A stretch of DNA of 64,000 bases. It comes from an uncultured delta proteobacterium. GTDB taxonomy: Bacteria; Myxococcota_A; Polyangia; Polyangiales; Polyangiaceae. Below are positions 39,184 through 50,022 of the stretch, one piece after another. The stretch lies in assembly GCA_963850305.1 (NCBI GenBank), contig CAWKKR010000007.1, positions 1,024,001 to 1,088,000 on the forward strand. The letters are read 5' to 3'. The stretch's first letter is position 1; each line of letters starts with the position of its first letter. Position numbers and translations under genes: made by a program. The notes under the pieces are model-generated. The model searched no databases, was not told where the DNA came from, and saw nothing but the letters and a program-made list of their open reading frames with translations.

Positions 39184-40929
39184 TCACGGCGCGAAATAAC
39201 GGCTGACTTGTTCCCTGTAGTCCTTCGGGACGTCCGACCGCTCGACCGCGTCTATCTCGCCTGGGGCAACTGCCCTGAGTGCCGCGCCGCCGCCCTCCTT
39301 CGCGGTGCGCGGGCGCTGCGGTGGTGACGAGCCGGGTGCGGGTCCTTCCGGAATGCCTCCTGTGGCTGTCGTTCGAACCAGAGCCGGGAGAGTCGCGCTC
39401 ATGACCACGGGCGTATCGCCTCCGTGCGAACCCCGCTCACCGCCGGGGTCCGACTTTCCGGAGCTGGAGTCACCGACCGCTGGGGCATCCGGCTGGCTCT
39501 CACCGCCGAGCGGGCCCGACTCGTTCGCCCCTTCACTGACCGCGCGCGCTGCATCCCCAACACCGATCGCCGCGATGGCGAGCGCTCGCGCTCGGAGGCT
39601 CGAGTGCGCGGGCCGTCCCGCTGCGATGTCCTTCAGCTGCTGCTCGAGTGACGCGCGTGCCTGTTCGTTCGATAGGGCATTCAACAGACGATCGAGCTCC
39701 GCCGCCGACATCTCGGCGTCGGATTGCATGCCCTGGCTCGATCGGCGCAAGGCATCCGACAGCCGTAGTCGTTCGCCGGGAGTCAGGCGGTCCACCGCAT
39801 CGGCGAGCGCCTTCGCGAGAGCGTCGGAGTTTTCCGTCGGATTGCGTTCGAGATGCTCGAGTTGCCGGGCGACCTCCCTGCTCGAGGCGCCCTCGAGCAG
39901 GTGCGCGAGCCGTCGCAAGGAAGCGTCGGCGGATGCGCGTCGTCTCAGGAGCCGTCCTTGTTCCTCGAGCACGCGGGCCACATCCTCGGCGCCTTGTTTG
40001 TGGGCTGCGGCTGCAGCTCGGGCAAGCGCGTCTCGCGCCGCCGTCCGCGCCGCAGCCTCCGTAGAGTTCGCGAGATTCGAAAACTCCCGATCCATTGCGA
40101 CCAGGTCACTCGTTGCGAGGGCTCTCGCTGCGTCCGAGGTTTCACGCGTGCCGGCCAGCGCATGAGCCGCCGCTTCGAATCCCGCGTGGTTCCTTCCTGC
40201 CGTCAGGCGCTCTTGCTCGTACGTGACACCCTCGCGGAGCTTCTCCAGGCCATCGAGGGCTTCTCTCGAATCAAGACCGTACCGCGCTTTCCGTTCGAGC
40301 GCCCGGGCCGAAGTCGCCAGCGCGTCGAGCCGTTCGCGCTCCTCGGAGTCCACGGCTTCGAGCGTCTGGAGAGCCTCGACTCGACGCAAGCCGTCCAGTG
40401 CACTCGCAGCAATGACCGGGGCCCTTCGAGGTAGGACCGAGACGGCGAAATGCGGCTGATGCTGGGGGAGTAGACTCATGCCCGCAACGGCCACCACGAG
40501 CACGGGCACCAGCACGTGCGCTCTGCGCCAGATGGCGGGAAGTACGCTGTCAGCCGGGGCGCCGTCGATCGCGGAGCAGGCCGCAGCGATGACCGCCCGA
40601 GCCATTTCGTCGTCTCGGTCGGCACATTCGATCGCCGTGGTGATGGCTTCGTGACTCACGAGGCGGGAGTCGAGAAAGAGCGCCACGTCCGCGTCCGTCC
40701 AGGTTGCGTTCGTCAGGACCCCGAGCAGGATTCCGACCAGCATGCTTGCCAGTGCCGCGTCGAGCCACTCCGGTCTCCCGGTGATTCGCAGCGCGAGGGC
40801 GGTCAAAGACCCCAAGAGCAGACCTGCGGTGGCGCCGTCCAGGGCTCTCCGCAGCAGGAGCGCCGCGCGAACCCGCGCCGCCTCCCGGTTGAAGAATCGC
40901 GTGAAAGCCGCGCTGGACACGCCGATCAA
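39184..40929 (-). CDS. Hypothetical membrane-anchored coiled-coil protein
   Basis: N-terminal TM helices, long helical region, Gly/Ser-rich tail, and C-terminal VPKDYREQVSRYF, an ending typical of MoxR-cluster partners. Confidence 0.7.
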   Translation of the reverse strand: MIGVSSAAFTRFFNREAARVRAALLLRRALDGATAGLLLGSLTALALRITGRPEWLDAALASMLVGILLGVLTNATWTDADVALFLDSRLVSHEAITTAIECADRDDEMARAVIAAACSAIDGAPADSVLPAIWRRAHVLVPVLVVAVAGMSLLPQHQPHFAVSVLPRRAPVIAASALDGLRRVEALQTLEAVDSEERERLDALATSARALERKARYGLDSREALDGLEKLREGVTYEQERLTAGRNHAGFEAAAHALAGTRETSDAARALATSDLVAMDREFSNLANSTEAAARTAARDALARAAAAAHKQGAEDVARVLEEQGRLLRRRASADASLRRLAHLLEGASSREVARQLEHLERNPTENSDALAKALADAVDRLTPGERLRLSDALRRSSQGMQSDAEMSAAELDRLLNALSNEQARASLEQQLKDIAAGRPAHSSLRARALAIAAIGVGDAARAVSEGANESGPLGGESQPDAPAVGDSSSGKSDPGGERGSHGGDTPVVMSATLPALVRTTATGGIPEGPAPGSSPPQRPRTAKEGGGAALRAVAPGEIDAVERSDVPKDYREQVSRYFAP

Positions 40930-41043
40930 CCTAGCGCATGGCGCCCCGGCCGGCTCCGGCTGGGCGGCTCAAAACGTCGAGTCGACCCGGGCGATCCCCG
41001 GAGTTAGTCTCCGCGAGACCCGACCGAGGAGTAAGGCCCGATC

Positions 41044-41940
41044 ATGAGTTCCACGAAAATCACCGTCCCGGCCATCCGTGATCGCAAGGCGAAGGGCCCG
41101 AAACTCGCAGTTCTCACTGCATACGACGCGACCATGGCGCGGCTCCTCGACGACGGCGGAGCAGACGTGCTTCTCGTGGGGGATTCGCTCGGAATGGTCG
41201 TTCAAGGGCACGCGAATACGCTCTCCGTCACCCTGGACGAAATGGCCTATCATGCGCGTGCGGTGGCACGAGTGACGCGGCGCGCGCACGTCGTCGCGGA
41301 TATGCCTTTCATGAGCGCGCAGGTATCGACTGAGAAAGCGCTAGAGTCCGCCGGCCGATTGGTAAAGGAAGGAGGTGCCGAGTCCGTGAAAGTAGAAGGA
41401 GGTGTCGCGATGGCCGAGACCGTCCGGCGGATCGTTGGCGCCGGGATCCCCGTAATGGGTCACGTGGGTTTGACCCCGCAGTCCATCCATGCGTTCGGCG
41501 GCTTTCGCGTTCAGGGCAAGGGCGAGGACGCGGCGGCGCGCGTGCTGCAAGACGCCAAGGCGATCGAACAAGCCGGCGCATATGCGATCGTGCTCGAGGC
41601 GATGCCGGCCGATCTCGCCAGGCGTATCACCGAGACCGTCGACGTGCCGACGATCGGGATCGGGGCCGGTCCGCATTGTGACGGGCAAGTGCTCGTTTGC
41701 TACGACTTTCTAGGGATGTTCCGCGACATACAGCCCAAGTTCGTCAAGCGGTACGCGGAGCTCGGAGCGGCCGTAGTTGGTGCGGCGCGCGCCTATGTCG
41801 CCGAGGTGCAGAGCGGCGCATTTCCGGAGGACCAGCACAGCTTCGGCATGGCATCGCCGAAGACCGTCGGTGAGCCCACGGGAGAGAAGGCGCGGATCGA
41901 AGGCGCGCCGCCGCAATACGGCCCAGCCGACGAGAGCTGA
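41044..41940 (+). CDS. panB: 3-methyl-2-oxobutanoate hydroxymethyltransferase
   Basis: [51 protein letters not shown]. Confidence 0.97.
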   Translation: MSSTKITVPAIRDRKAKGPKLAVLTAYDATMARLLDDGGADVLLVGDSLGMVVQGHANTLSVTLDEMAYHARAVARVTRRAHVVADMPFMSAQVSTEKALESAGRLVKEGGAESVKVEGGVAMAETVRRIVGAGIPVMGHVGLTPQSIHAFGGFRVQGKGEDAAARVLQDAKAIEQAGAYAIVLEAMPADLARRITETVDVPTIGIGAGPHCDGQVLVCYDFLGMFRDIQPKFVKRYAELGAAVVGAARAYVAEVQSGAFPEDQHSFGMASPKTVGEPTGEKARIEGAPPQYGPADES

Positions 41941-42043
41941 GCTCGCGACGCTCCGGCGGGAGCGCTAAGGTGACGAGCCGCTTCACGCCGAACGGATCCT
42001 CTGTTACCCGAACGAACGGGCGCCGACCCGCGCCATTACCCCC

Positions 42044-43315
42044 ATGTCACATCCCAGCATCGACGTGGATGCCCTCAAGGCGTCCGGACCCGACCTCGAG
42101 CGCCGCTACGAGGGCTTCAAATCGAAGAAGTTCTCCCTCGACATGACGCGCGGCAAGCCGTGCGCCGAGCAACTCGATCTTGCGAACGGATTACTGACAA
42201 TCCTCGGTCCCGCGGACTACAAGGCGGCCGACAGAACCGATTGCCGGAACTACGGCGGCCTGGACGGCTTGCCGGAGGCGAAGAGCCTGTTCGCGGCTTT
42301 CATGGAGGTCTCACCGTCGGAGATCCTCGTCGGTGACAACTCGAGCCTCGCGCTGATGCACGACACCGTTGCCCGTGGTCTGTCGCATGGTGTGCCCGGT
42401 GGTGAGGCGCCGTGGTCGCGCGCGCCTGCGAAGTTTCTATGCCCGGCCCCGGGATACGATCGCCACTTTGCCGTCTGTGAACACTTCGGCGTGGAGATGG
42501 TGAACGTGGACATGACCGACGAAGGTCCGGACATGGATCGCGTCGAGGCGCTCGTCGCCGACGATCCGTCCGTGAAGGGGATCTGGATCGTTCCCAAGTA
42601 TGGCAATCCCACGGGAGTCACTTGCTCGGCGCGCCTGGTCGAGGTGCTCGCGAAAATGAAGACTGCGGCGAAGGACTTCCGGATCTTCTGGGACAACGCC
42701 TACGCCCACCACCACCTGACGGACTCGCCGCCCGCGCTCGCCGACATTCTCGAGGCGTGCAAGCGCGCCGGAAACCCGGACCGCGTACTGCTGTTCGGTT
42801 CGACGTCCAAGGTCTCGTATGCGGGTGCCGGCATCGCCGTCATGGCGGGCAGCGAAAAGAACATCGGTTGGATCCGCTCACATCGTTCCAAGTCCACGAT
42901 CGGACCCGACAAGCTGACCCAGCTCCGGCACGTCCGGTTCTTCAAGGACATGGACGGCGTGCGTGAACACATGAAAAAGCACGCGGCGATCCTCAAGCCG
43001 AAGTTCGACGCGGTCGATCGCGTTCTCCGCCGGGAGCTCGCCGGAAAGGGCCTCGCCGCGTGGACGCGGCCCCTGGGTGGCTATTTCGTGAGCCTGGATA
43101 CCCTCGGAGGACTTGCCCGGGCCGTCGTCAAGATGGCGGCCGACGTCGGTGTGAAGCTGACGGAGGCGGGGGCGACGTATCCGTACGGCAAGGACCCGCG
43201 GGATCGCAACATCCGCATCGCGCCGTCGCTCCCGAAGCTGCCGGAGATAGAAGCGGCGATGGAAGTGGTCGCCGTGTGCGTGCAGCGGGCGTCCCTGCAA
43301 AAGCTCACGGGGTGA
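42044..43315 (+). CDS. PLP-dependent aminotransferase (actinobacterial aspartate aminotransferase-like)
   Basis: [43 protein letters not shown] (PLP Lys), [21 protein letters not shown]. Confidence 0.85.
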   Translation: MSHPSIDVDALKASGPDLERRYEGFKSKKFSLDMTRGKPCAEQLDLANGLLTILGPADYKAADRTDCRNYGGLDGLPEAKSLFAAFMEVSPSEILVGDNSSLALMHDTVARGLSHGVPGGEAPWSRAPAKFLCPAPGYDRHFAVCEHFGVEMVNVDMTDEGPDMDRVEALVADDPSVKGIWIVPKYGNPTGVTCSARLVEVLAKMKTAAKDFRIFWDNAYAHHHLTDSPPALADILEACKRAGNPDRVLLFGSTSKVSYAGAGIAVMAGSEKNIGWIRSHRSKSTIGPDKLTQLRHVRFFKDMDGVREHMKKHAAILKPKFDAVDRVLRRELAGKGLAAWTRPLGGYFVSLDTLGGLARAVVKMAADVGVKLTEAGATYPYGKDPRDRNIRIAPSLPKLPEIEAAMEVVAVCVQRASLQKLTG

Positions 43316-44205
43316 TCGTGTCGAGCCCGCCCCGCGTCGTGCGATCGGCGTCCGAGTTTCGAGCCGCGATGGATGCGGCTCGGGCCACGGACGGTAGCGT
43401 GGCGCTGGTTCCGACCATGGGCGCGCTTCACGACGGGCATCGCGCGTTGATGCGAGAGGCACGTCGGCGCGCGCCGTACGTGGCGGTGACCATTTTCGTG
43501 AACCCTACCCAGTTCGCTCCCGGGGAGGATCTCGATCGTTACCCGCGGGACGTCGAAGGGGATGTCGAGAAGTGTGCGGCAGAGGGTGTCTCCGTGGTTT
43601 TCGCGCCGGGCGTTTCCGACATGTATCCTCCGCACGAACGCACTCGAGTGTCCGTTTCCGGGCTCACCTCGCACCTCTGCGGCGCGACGCGCCCCGGGCA
43701 CTTCGACGGCGTCGCCACGATCGTGACGAAGTTGTTCGCCCTGGCCGGCCCTGCCGTGGCGGTGTTTGGTCGCAAGGATTACCAACAACTCCAGGTCGTC
43801 CGCCGTCTTGGTCGTGACCTCATGCTTCCGATCGAGGTGATCGGGCACCCGACCGTGCGCGAGCACGATGGTCTGGCACTTTCGTCGCGCAACGCGTTCC
43901 TCTCGCCAGAAGAGCGAGCTCGTGCGCTTGCGATTCCGGGCTCGCTTGCAAGCGCAACGCGTGCGTTCACGACGGGCGAGCGCTCCGTGCTGGCACTCAC
44001 GGAGCCGGTGAGGCGAGCGCTCGCTGAGGCGGGCCTTCGTGTCGACTACGTGTCGCTCGCCGACGCCGACGACCTGACTCCGTTCGAGACCCGCTCTCGG
44101 ATCGGGGATCGCGCGTTGCTCGCCGTCGCCGCCTTTGCCGGCAATACACGCCTCATCGACAACGTCGTCTTGGGCGAGGACGCGCCGCCCGCGGCACTCG
44201 CATGA
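43312..44205 (+). CDS. panC: Pantoate-beta-alanine ligase
   Basis: [52 protein letters not shown] overlaps the upstream stop. Confidence 0.96.
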   Translation: MIVSSPPRVVRSASEFRAAMDAARATDGSVALVPTMGALHDGHRALMREARRRAPYVAVTIFVNPTQFAPGEDLDRYPRDVEGDVEKCAAEGVSVVFAPGVSDMYPPHERTRVSVSGLTSHLCGATRPGHFDGVATIVTKLFALAGPAVAVFGRKDYQQLQVVRRLGRDLMLPIEVIGHPTVREHDGLALSSRNAFLSPEERARALAIPGSLASATRAFTTGERSVLALTEPVRRALAEAGLRVDYVSLADADDLTPFETRSRIGDRALLAVAAFAGNTRLIDNVVLGEDAPPAALA

Positions 44206-44837
44206 CCCGCGGTCGCTTCATCGTGCTCGAGGGCATCGACGGTTCGGGAACGACCACTCAGGCGAAGCGCTTGACCGAAGAGCTGGCGCGCCGGGGGAGA
44301 TCGGTGGTCGCCACGTGGGAGCCTTCGACCGGCCCCGTCGGGCAATTGATCCGCCGCGCGCTTCGCCACGAGCTTGCGCGGGACGACGGTGGACAGCGTG
44401 AGCTGTCGTGGGAGACGCTGGCGCTGCTCTTCGCCGCCGACCGCGCGGATCACGTCGAGTCCGTGATACGGCCGGCCCTCGACGCCGGGCTCATCGTCGT
44501 GTCCGATCGTTACGATCTGTCGAGTCTCACGTATCAATCGCTCACGGCTCCGGAACCAGATGGGGCGCTCGCATGGATCCGGACTCTGAATGCTCGCGCG
44601 GTACGTCCCGACCTGACCCTCGTCCTCGACGTCGCGGGCGACGTGGCCGAGGTACGACGAGCTTCGCGCGGGGGCCCGGCAGAGCTGTTCGAGGTGACGG
44701 AGTTGCAGCGCCGGCTCGCGGCGCTCTATACGCGCGCCGAACGGCTGGTGCCGGCGGATCGGTTGGTGCACGTCGTCGACGGAGAGCCGGACGTCGTGTT
44801 CGGGGCCGTCCTTCGCTCGGTCCTCGAGATCATCTGA
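44202..44837 (+). CDS. tmk: Thymidylate kinase
   Basis: [41 protein letters not shown]. Confidence 0.95.
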   Translation: MTRGRFIVLEGIDGSGTTTQAKRLTEELARRGRSVVATWEPSTGPVGQLIRRALRHELARDDGGQRELSWETLALLFAADRADHVESVIRPALDAGLIVVSDRYDLSSLTYQSLTAPEPDGALAWIRTLNARAVRPDLTLVLDVAGDVAEVRRASRGGPAELFEVTELQRRLAALYTRAERLVPADRLVHVVDGEPDVVFGAVLRSVLEII

Positions 44838-44920
44838 GGCCTTACGCTCGCGAGCCGCACGACCTGGCGGAAGGCGGCGGAAAATTTGCCCGGCCGGCGA
44901 TGGTCTCCCATAGTGGGGTC

Positions 44921-45466
44921 GTGAAACGAGTTCTCATGCTGGGCGCCGTACTCGCGATCGGCTGCGGCGGGAATCTGATGGATGAGCCGGTGACCACGGT
45001 GGATCGCATCTCGATGGACCAGCCGCTGCCCCCCAGGGACGTCCCGCCGCGGGGCGCGCTGCTTCGTACGGACGTGAACGCGGCCATCGACAGGGGGCTC
45101 GGCTACTTTCTCCAGCGGGTCTCGGTCGATCCGGACGTCGTCGACGGCAAGTTCCAGGGTTTTCGGATCGTCCAGCTACGTCCGCCCGACTATTGGCGGG
45201 GCGTCGATCTCAAGCCCGGCGACATCGTCACACAGGTGAATGGGATGTCCATCGAACGAGACATCGATGCGTATCAGGCATTTCAGGCGCTCCGCGCTGC
45301 ACCCGCGCTCAAGGTGAGCTTTCTGCGCGGCGGATCGGCTCGAGAGCTCGTGATGTCGATCGTCGACCCGGGCGCTAAGAACATGCCGCCGCAAACGGCT
45401 CCAAAAGGGGTTGCTCCGGTGGCCGCGCCGAAGGCCACGCCGCAGCAACAAACCAGTCCGAGCTGA
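44921..45466 (+). CDS. PDZ-domain lipoprotein (GspC C-terminal-like)
   Basis: Lipobox AIGC; GKFQGFRIVQL and LKPGDIVTQVNG form a PDZ motif. Confidence 0.7.
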   Translation: MKRVLMLGAVLAIGCGGNLMDEPVTTVDRISMDQPLPPRDVPPRGALLRTDVNAAIDRGLGYFLQRVSVDPDVVDGKFQGFRIVQLRPPDYWRGVDLKPGDIVTQVNGMSIERDIDAYQAFQALRAAPALKVSFLRGGSARELVMSIVDPGAKNMPPQTAPKGVAPVAAPKATPQQQTSPS

Positions 45467-45487
45467 TCTCTCGAAGCGGCAGGAGCG

Positions 45488-46396
45488 CTAACTCCAGACG
45501 CCCGTCAACCACCCCTTGCGGTGTTCGACCCGGCCGTGCACCACGTCCTCGAAGTGCCGCTTCAGCTTCGACGTCACGGGACCCGGCTTGCCGTCTCCGA
45601 TCGTACGGCGATCTACCGAGCCGACGGGCGTGACTTCGGCGCCGGTACCGCACAGGAAGATCTCGTCCGCGACATAGAGCTCGGTGCGGCCGATGACGCG
45701 TTCTTGGACGGAGAGCCCGAGGTCTTCCGTCGCCAGAGCGATCAGGGATCGTCGCGTGATGCCGTCCAGGTTGTCTTCCGTCGAGGGAGGACTCACGAGG
45801 ACGCCGTCGCGCACGAGAAAGAGATGTTCCGCGCTTCCCTCGGAGACAGAGCCACGCTCGGTGAGCAAGATCGCTTCGTCGAAGCCGTTGTCGACGGCTT
45901 CTCGCCGCGCGAGCGCGCTATTGAGATATGCAGCCGTCGGTTTCGCCCGCGCCGGGATCGCGTTGTCCCCGATGCGGCGCCACGACGAGACGCAGACATT
46001 GATGCTCTCCTTGTCGATGTAGCGCTTGAGCGGCAAGCAGTAGACACAGAGCTTGCTGTCTTCGGGCTTCAACACAGGGGACAGCTCCACGGAGCCGCTG
46101 AAGACCATCGGGCGCACGTAGACGTCGTGATGCACTTCATTGCGACGCAGCACTTCGACGACGATGTCCTTCAAGCGGGCAGGCTCCACCGTGAGCGACA
46201 GAAAAAGGAGTCTTGCCGAACGATCGAGGCGCTGAACGTGCTGGTCCAATCGGAACACGAACACTTGTCGGCCGTCGTCCGCAAGATAGCCGCGGATGCC
46301 TCCGAAACAACCGAGGCCGTAGTTGAGCCCGCGCGAGCGGACGCTGATCTTGGCGTCTGCGTCGTCGACGAAGCGTCCGTCGATGTAAGTAATCAT
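45488..46396 (-). CDS. ilvE: Branched-chain amino acid aminotransferase
   Basis: LNYGLGCFGGIRGY, AKPTAAYLNS, SEGSAEHLF, LDGITR, FLCGTGAEVTP. Confidence 0.93.
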   Translation of the reverse strand: MITYIDGRFVDDADAKISVRSRGLNYGLGCFGGIRGYLADDGRQVFVFRLDQHVQRLDRSARLLFLSLTVEPARLKDIVVEVLRRNEVHHDVYVRPMVFSGSVELSPVLKPEDSKLCVYCLPLKRYIDKESINVCVSSWRRIGDNAIPARAKPTAAYLNSALARREAVDNGFDEAILLTERGSVSEGSAEHLFLVRDGVLVSPPSTEDNLDGITRRSLIALATEDLGLSVQERVIGRTELYVADEIFLCGTGAEVTPVGSVDRRTIGDGKPGPVTSKLKRHFEDVVHGRVEHRKGWLTGVWS

Positions 46397-46435
46397 AGCG
46401 CACCCGCTATAGCAGCCGCCTCGGCCGGGCTCCGA

Positions 46436-47308
46436 CTACTTCGTGAAGTCAACGGAAGCGCCCGTCTGAAAGTCGAAGCGCATCTCGCCCGAGGTGGGCC
46501 CCCCGTCGAAGTGTCGGGAGCGGACTCGGTGAAGGGCCATCCGTCCGGTCCCGGTGCCGCTGAAGGCGTCCGCGGGCACGGTCCCCGAACCGGAGTCGCG
46601 GAACGTACAGGTCACGCTGGGGCTACCGTCGTACGCAAGGAACTCCACGTAGACGAGGTCGGCACCGTCACCGGCTCCCCACGTGATCTCCGCCGGGGTT
46701 CCGGTGTGTATCTCCGTCAGATCCGCGATCGGCGTTCCGGCGAACTGGATGTTCGCGAGAGAGCGTGGCGCGTCCGCGGTAGCGTGGAGCCCGGGGATCG
46801 ACGACGATCCGGTCGTCGTGAATACGTAAGGGACGGCGGGCGGGAGCGCGGCACTCGCACGATCGCGCGTCGTGTAGAGGACACCCGAGGCAAAACCACC
46901 GACGGTCGGGAATGCATGAGGCACGAGTGGCGTTGGAGTCGGAGAACCCGAGGCCGTGATCGCCACGTCGCCCGCTTCACGAAATTCGAGTGCACCCTGG
47001 GAAGGCAAGGGTGGCTCGATGTCGTCTTGATCGCTGCTCTGACAGGTGTCTATCGGCGGCAGATCGAGCGTGGCTCCTGCCGCGCTGAGCGCGCGCGACG
47101 GGTCCGAGAACGCGGGTACACTCACGAAGCGTGCTATCGCGCTTGCGTTCGCCTGGCCGTCCGCGGCGGCCGGGTCAGTCCGATCGACGGCCACGAGCGC
47201 GAGCATCTTTCCGTGATCCGTCTCACCGCTCGCCGACGGCGGCTCGTTGGCGCAGCCGACGCTGGCCAGGCCGACGCAGAAGAAGACGAACAAGAGTTTC
47301 CGGCCCAT
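46436..47308 (-). CDS. Hypothetical lipoprotein
   Basis: Lipobox SVGC; intact ORF with typical codon usage. Confidence 0.7.
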   Translation of the reverse strand: MGRKLLFVFFCVGLASVGCANEPPSASGETDHGKMLALVAVDRTDPAAADGQANASAIARFVSVPAFSDPSRALSAAGATLDLPPIDTCQSSDQDDIEPPLPSQGALEFREAGDVAITASGSPTPTPLVPHAFPTVGGFASGVLYTTRDRASAALPPAVPYVFTTTGSSSIPGLHATADAPRSLANIQFAGTPIADLTEIHTGTPAEITWGAGDGADLVYVEFLAYDGSPSVTCTFRDSGSGTVPADAFSGTGTGRMALHRVRSRHFDGGPTSGEMRFDFQTGASVDFTK

Positions 47309-47392
47309 GGTGAACGCGCTTTCATCCTAGGCGGGGCAGTCATCTCCCGCAAGGCGCGCGACCGAGAACGCGCTTCATAAGCGCACAAGGAC

Positions 47393-48220
47393 TCAGAATC
47401 TGCCGACGAGCGCCCCCGCCGGCACGATCGTGACGGCGGACAGTGTCGCGTCGCGGTGACCAGGGGTTCCTGAACCACCAGGGAAATCAGCGCCGACCTG
47501 CACGGTTTGATAAGCCGCCTCGAGCTCGAAGGCTGCCCAGACGGGCTCGAGACCCACGGCGAATCCGACGAGGCCGCCTCCGTACCAGCGCGTTCCAGTG
47601 ACGCTTGCGCTGTCCGTGCCGGTCGTGAGCGGAAACGCGGCCCTGGCTCGCTCCATCCCGACGCGCGCGCCGGCCCACGCCTGCACGACGGCAGGCGAGC
47701 TGCGCCACCCCACGAGAACGGGAATGTCGAAGCCAAATCCGCTGGCGGATGAATCGCTCGCGTCACCGGTCAAGCGGCCGGCGGTCTCGCCGGTGTCCGT
47801 GGAATGGGAGCCCGGGCCCAGGAAGACCGCCGAGGCGCCTGCGCCGACACTGAACGCAAGCGTGTCCGTGCCGAAGGCGTGGCGTGCATCGACGCGAACC
47901 GTGCGGCCCGTGTAGGTGAGCCCGCCTTCGTTGTTTCCCTGGATACCCGCGCGTGCGCTAACGAAGGGCGCGACGCCGGAGGTGAGAGACGCATGCGTCG
48001 CCGCTTGCTCGACGAACGCTTGTTCTGGGTCCGCCACTCGGGTCGAGGTCCGGGCCGCGGTGACGAACTGTCCGCTCATGCCAGCGCCGCCCGCGACGGT
48101 GCCCGGGGGCAGCACGTGCGCCGGATGAAGCAAGGGTGCTCCACCGCCGCACGCGACGGCGAGGCACGCCACGCTTCCGAGCGAAACCCGGCGAGCAAGC
48201 GCCATCGTCGGCGGCGTCAT
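47393..48220 (-). CDS. Hypothetical lipoprotein or outer-membrane beta-rich protein
   Basis: Lipobox AVAC, amphipathic beta strands, C-terminal Phe. Confidence 0.65.
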   Translation of the reverse strand: MTPPTMALARRVSLGSVACLAVACGGGAPLLHPAHVLPPGTVAGGAGMSGQFVTAARTSTRVADPEQAFVEQAATHASLTSGVAPFVSARAGIQGNNEGGLTYTGRTVRVDARHAFGTDTLAFSVGAGASAVFLGPGSHSTDTGETAGRLTGDASDSSASGFGFDIPVLVGWRSSPAVVQAWAGARVGMERARAAFPLTTGTDSASVTGTRWYGGGLVGFAVGLEPVWAAFELEAAYQTVQVGADFPGGSGTPGHRDATLSAVTIVPAGALVGRF

Positions 48221-48311
48221 AGCTCAGGACGCGGCCCGATTCCATCGGACGTCCGACGGACGGGTTTCAGGGTGCCTTTCCCGGAGAAGGCCGCTACATT
48301 CCCGCCGCTTC

Positions 48312-48881
48312 ATGAACCTTCAGCCCTGGCGCCTGCTCCCGCTTCTGGCCGCACTCTCGGCCGGCTGCCAGCCGAAGATCGGCGACTCGTGCACGCAGAA
48401 CACGGACTGTTCCGCCGACGGGACCCGGTTTTGCGAACCGAATATGCCCGACGGCTACTGCACGATCTTCAACTGCGAGCCCAACACCTGTCCGGACGAG
48501 GCCGTGTGCGTGGCGTACCAGAGCGTGCTCTCGACCAAGCCGGAGTGCGCGGACCAGCTCGACCAGCGGCTCGAGAGAACGTTTTGCATGCGGAACTGTT
48601 CGTCGAACGGCGATTGTCGTGCCGGGTACGCGTGTATCGATCTGGGAGTACCGAACCCCTGGGGCGCGGTTGTCGTGGACGGATATTCACCGAACACCAA
48701 GGTTTGCACGGTCGCCCTGACCGCTCTCGCGTCGGAGCCAGAGCCGGGTTCGGCGGAGGTCTGCTCGCCGCCCGTCGACGCGTCCTTCCCGCCAGTCCTC
48801 GACGCGGCGCCCGACGGATTCGTCGAGGTTCCCGACGCGGCGAGCCGCGACGCAGGCTTGGATGCACGGGCCCATCGATGA
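48312..48881 (+). CDS. Small Cys-rich lipoprotein
   Basis: Lipobox SAGC; IGDSC, PDGYCT and FCMRNCSSNGDCRAGYAC. Confidence 0.75.
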   Translation: MNLQPWRLLPLLAALSAGCQPKIGDSCTQNTDCSADGTRFCEPNMPDGYCTIFNCEPNTCPDEAVCVAYQSVLSTKPECADQLDQRLERTFCMRNCSSNGDCRAGYACIDLGVPNPWGAVVVDGYSPNTKVCTVALTALASEPEPGSAEVCSPPVDASFPPVLDAAPDGFVEVPDAASRDAGLDARAHR

Positions 48882-48915
48882 CCGCCTCGCAACGGGGGAG
48901 CGAAGAGAGCCGTTC

Positions 48916-50022
48916 ATGGGTTCCGAGAGGAGCGTGAACGCATTCGGTCTGGCGCCGCTTCCGCGGTCGCTCGGGGCCGCGCTTCGCGACGTGCGCGACC
49001 CGAAAGCCGCGGTTCGACGTTCCTCGGTGGAAGATCTCGTCCGTCACGCAACCGGCCAGGGGAAGGAACAAGCCGTCCAGGCGCTGGTCGGGGCGCTGCG
49101 CTCGGACGTCTCCGCTGACGTGCGAGGGGCGGCGGCCCTCGCCCTGGCAGATGCGCACGTTGCTGGCTGCTCGGAAGCGCTCGTCGCCGCGGTGAAGGAC
49201 TCGCATCTTCACGTCCGTCAGATGGCGATGATCGCTCTCGGGGAGCTCGGGTCGCCCGATGACGTCGAGGTGATGGAGGTCGTGGAGCGGCTGCTCCAAG
49301 ACGAGGCGGCGGCTCTGCGGTTTCAGGCGCTGATAGCGAGCTCGCGTCTCTTCGGACCTCGCGCCGAACGCGCGCTCCTTCGCGGCCTCACGGACGTGGA
49401 TCCGGAGGTTCGACACGTCGCCTTGCGTTTGCTCGAGGAACTCGGTGCCGTGGACGGAGGGATGGTCAAGGCGGCGCCGGAGGTCCTGACCGCAGCTCGG
49501 CGAGCCCTCCGCGATTCAGACGGCCGAGTCCGCGCCGCGGCAGCGATTCTCATCGGTCGCGGAGGGGACACGTCGTCCGCGAGCGCGCTCGCGGAGGTCG
49601 TCGCGGATACGTCGGGCACGGTCGACCCGGACGACGAGCAAACCGCCATTGCGCTCGTCGGTGAGCTCGGCATTCGCGAGGCGATCCCCGGACTCGAGCG
49701 ACGGGCATACGGACGCTTCGGCATCGGCGGTGGGCGCTATGCGTACGACGCGCGAATCTCCCTCGCGCTCCTAGGCGACGCGCGAGCGCGTGCGGGCATT
49801 CTGCGGGGTCTGAACGGCTGGACGCGCGACTCGCGCACCCTCTCCGTCGTCGCGGCGGGAAAGGCCCGGCTCGTCGAGGCCCGCGCGATCATCGAGGAAA
49901 TGCGCGGCCGCGACGGGCGCGCCGACCCCGGAGCCGTGACCGAAGCCCTGGCCGCTCTCGACCGGGCGTCGCGTTCGCCCGCGAACGGCCCGCGCCGTGG
50001 TATCGAAAGACGTCCGGCATGA
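48916..50022 (+). CDS. HEAT-repeat protein (start uncertain)
   Basis: Repeated DxxxxVRxxAxxAL units. Confidence 0.85.
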   Translation: MGSERSVNAFGLAPLPRSLGAALRDVRDPKAAVRRSSVEDLVRHATGQGKEQAVQALVGALRSDVSADVRGAAALALADAHVAGCSEALVAAVKDSHLHVRQMAMIALGELGSPDDVEVMEVVERLLQDEAAALRFQALIASSRLFGPRAERALLRGLTDVDPEVRHVALRLLEELGAVDGGMVKAAPEVLTAARRALRDSDGRVRAAAAILIGRGGDTSSASALAEVVADTSGTVDPDDEQTAIALVGELGIREAIPGLERRAYGRFGIGGGRYAYDARISLALLGDARARAGILRGLNGWTRDSRTLSVVAAGKARLVEARAIIEEMRGRDGRADPGAVTEALAALDRASRSPANGPRRGIERRPA

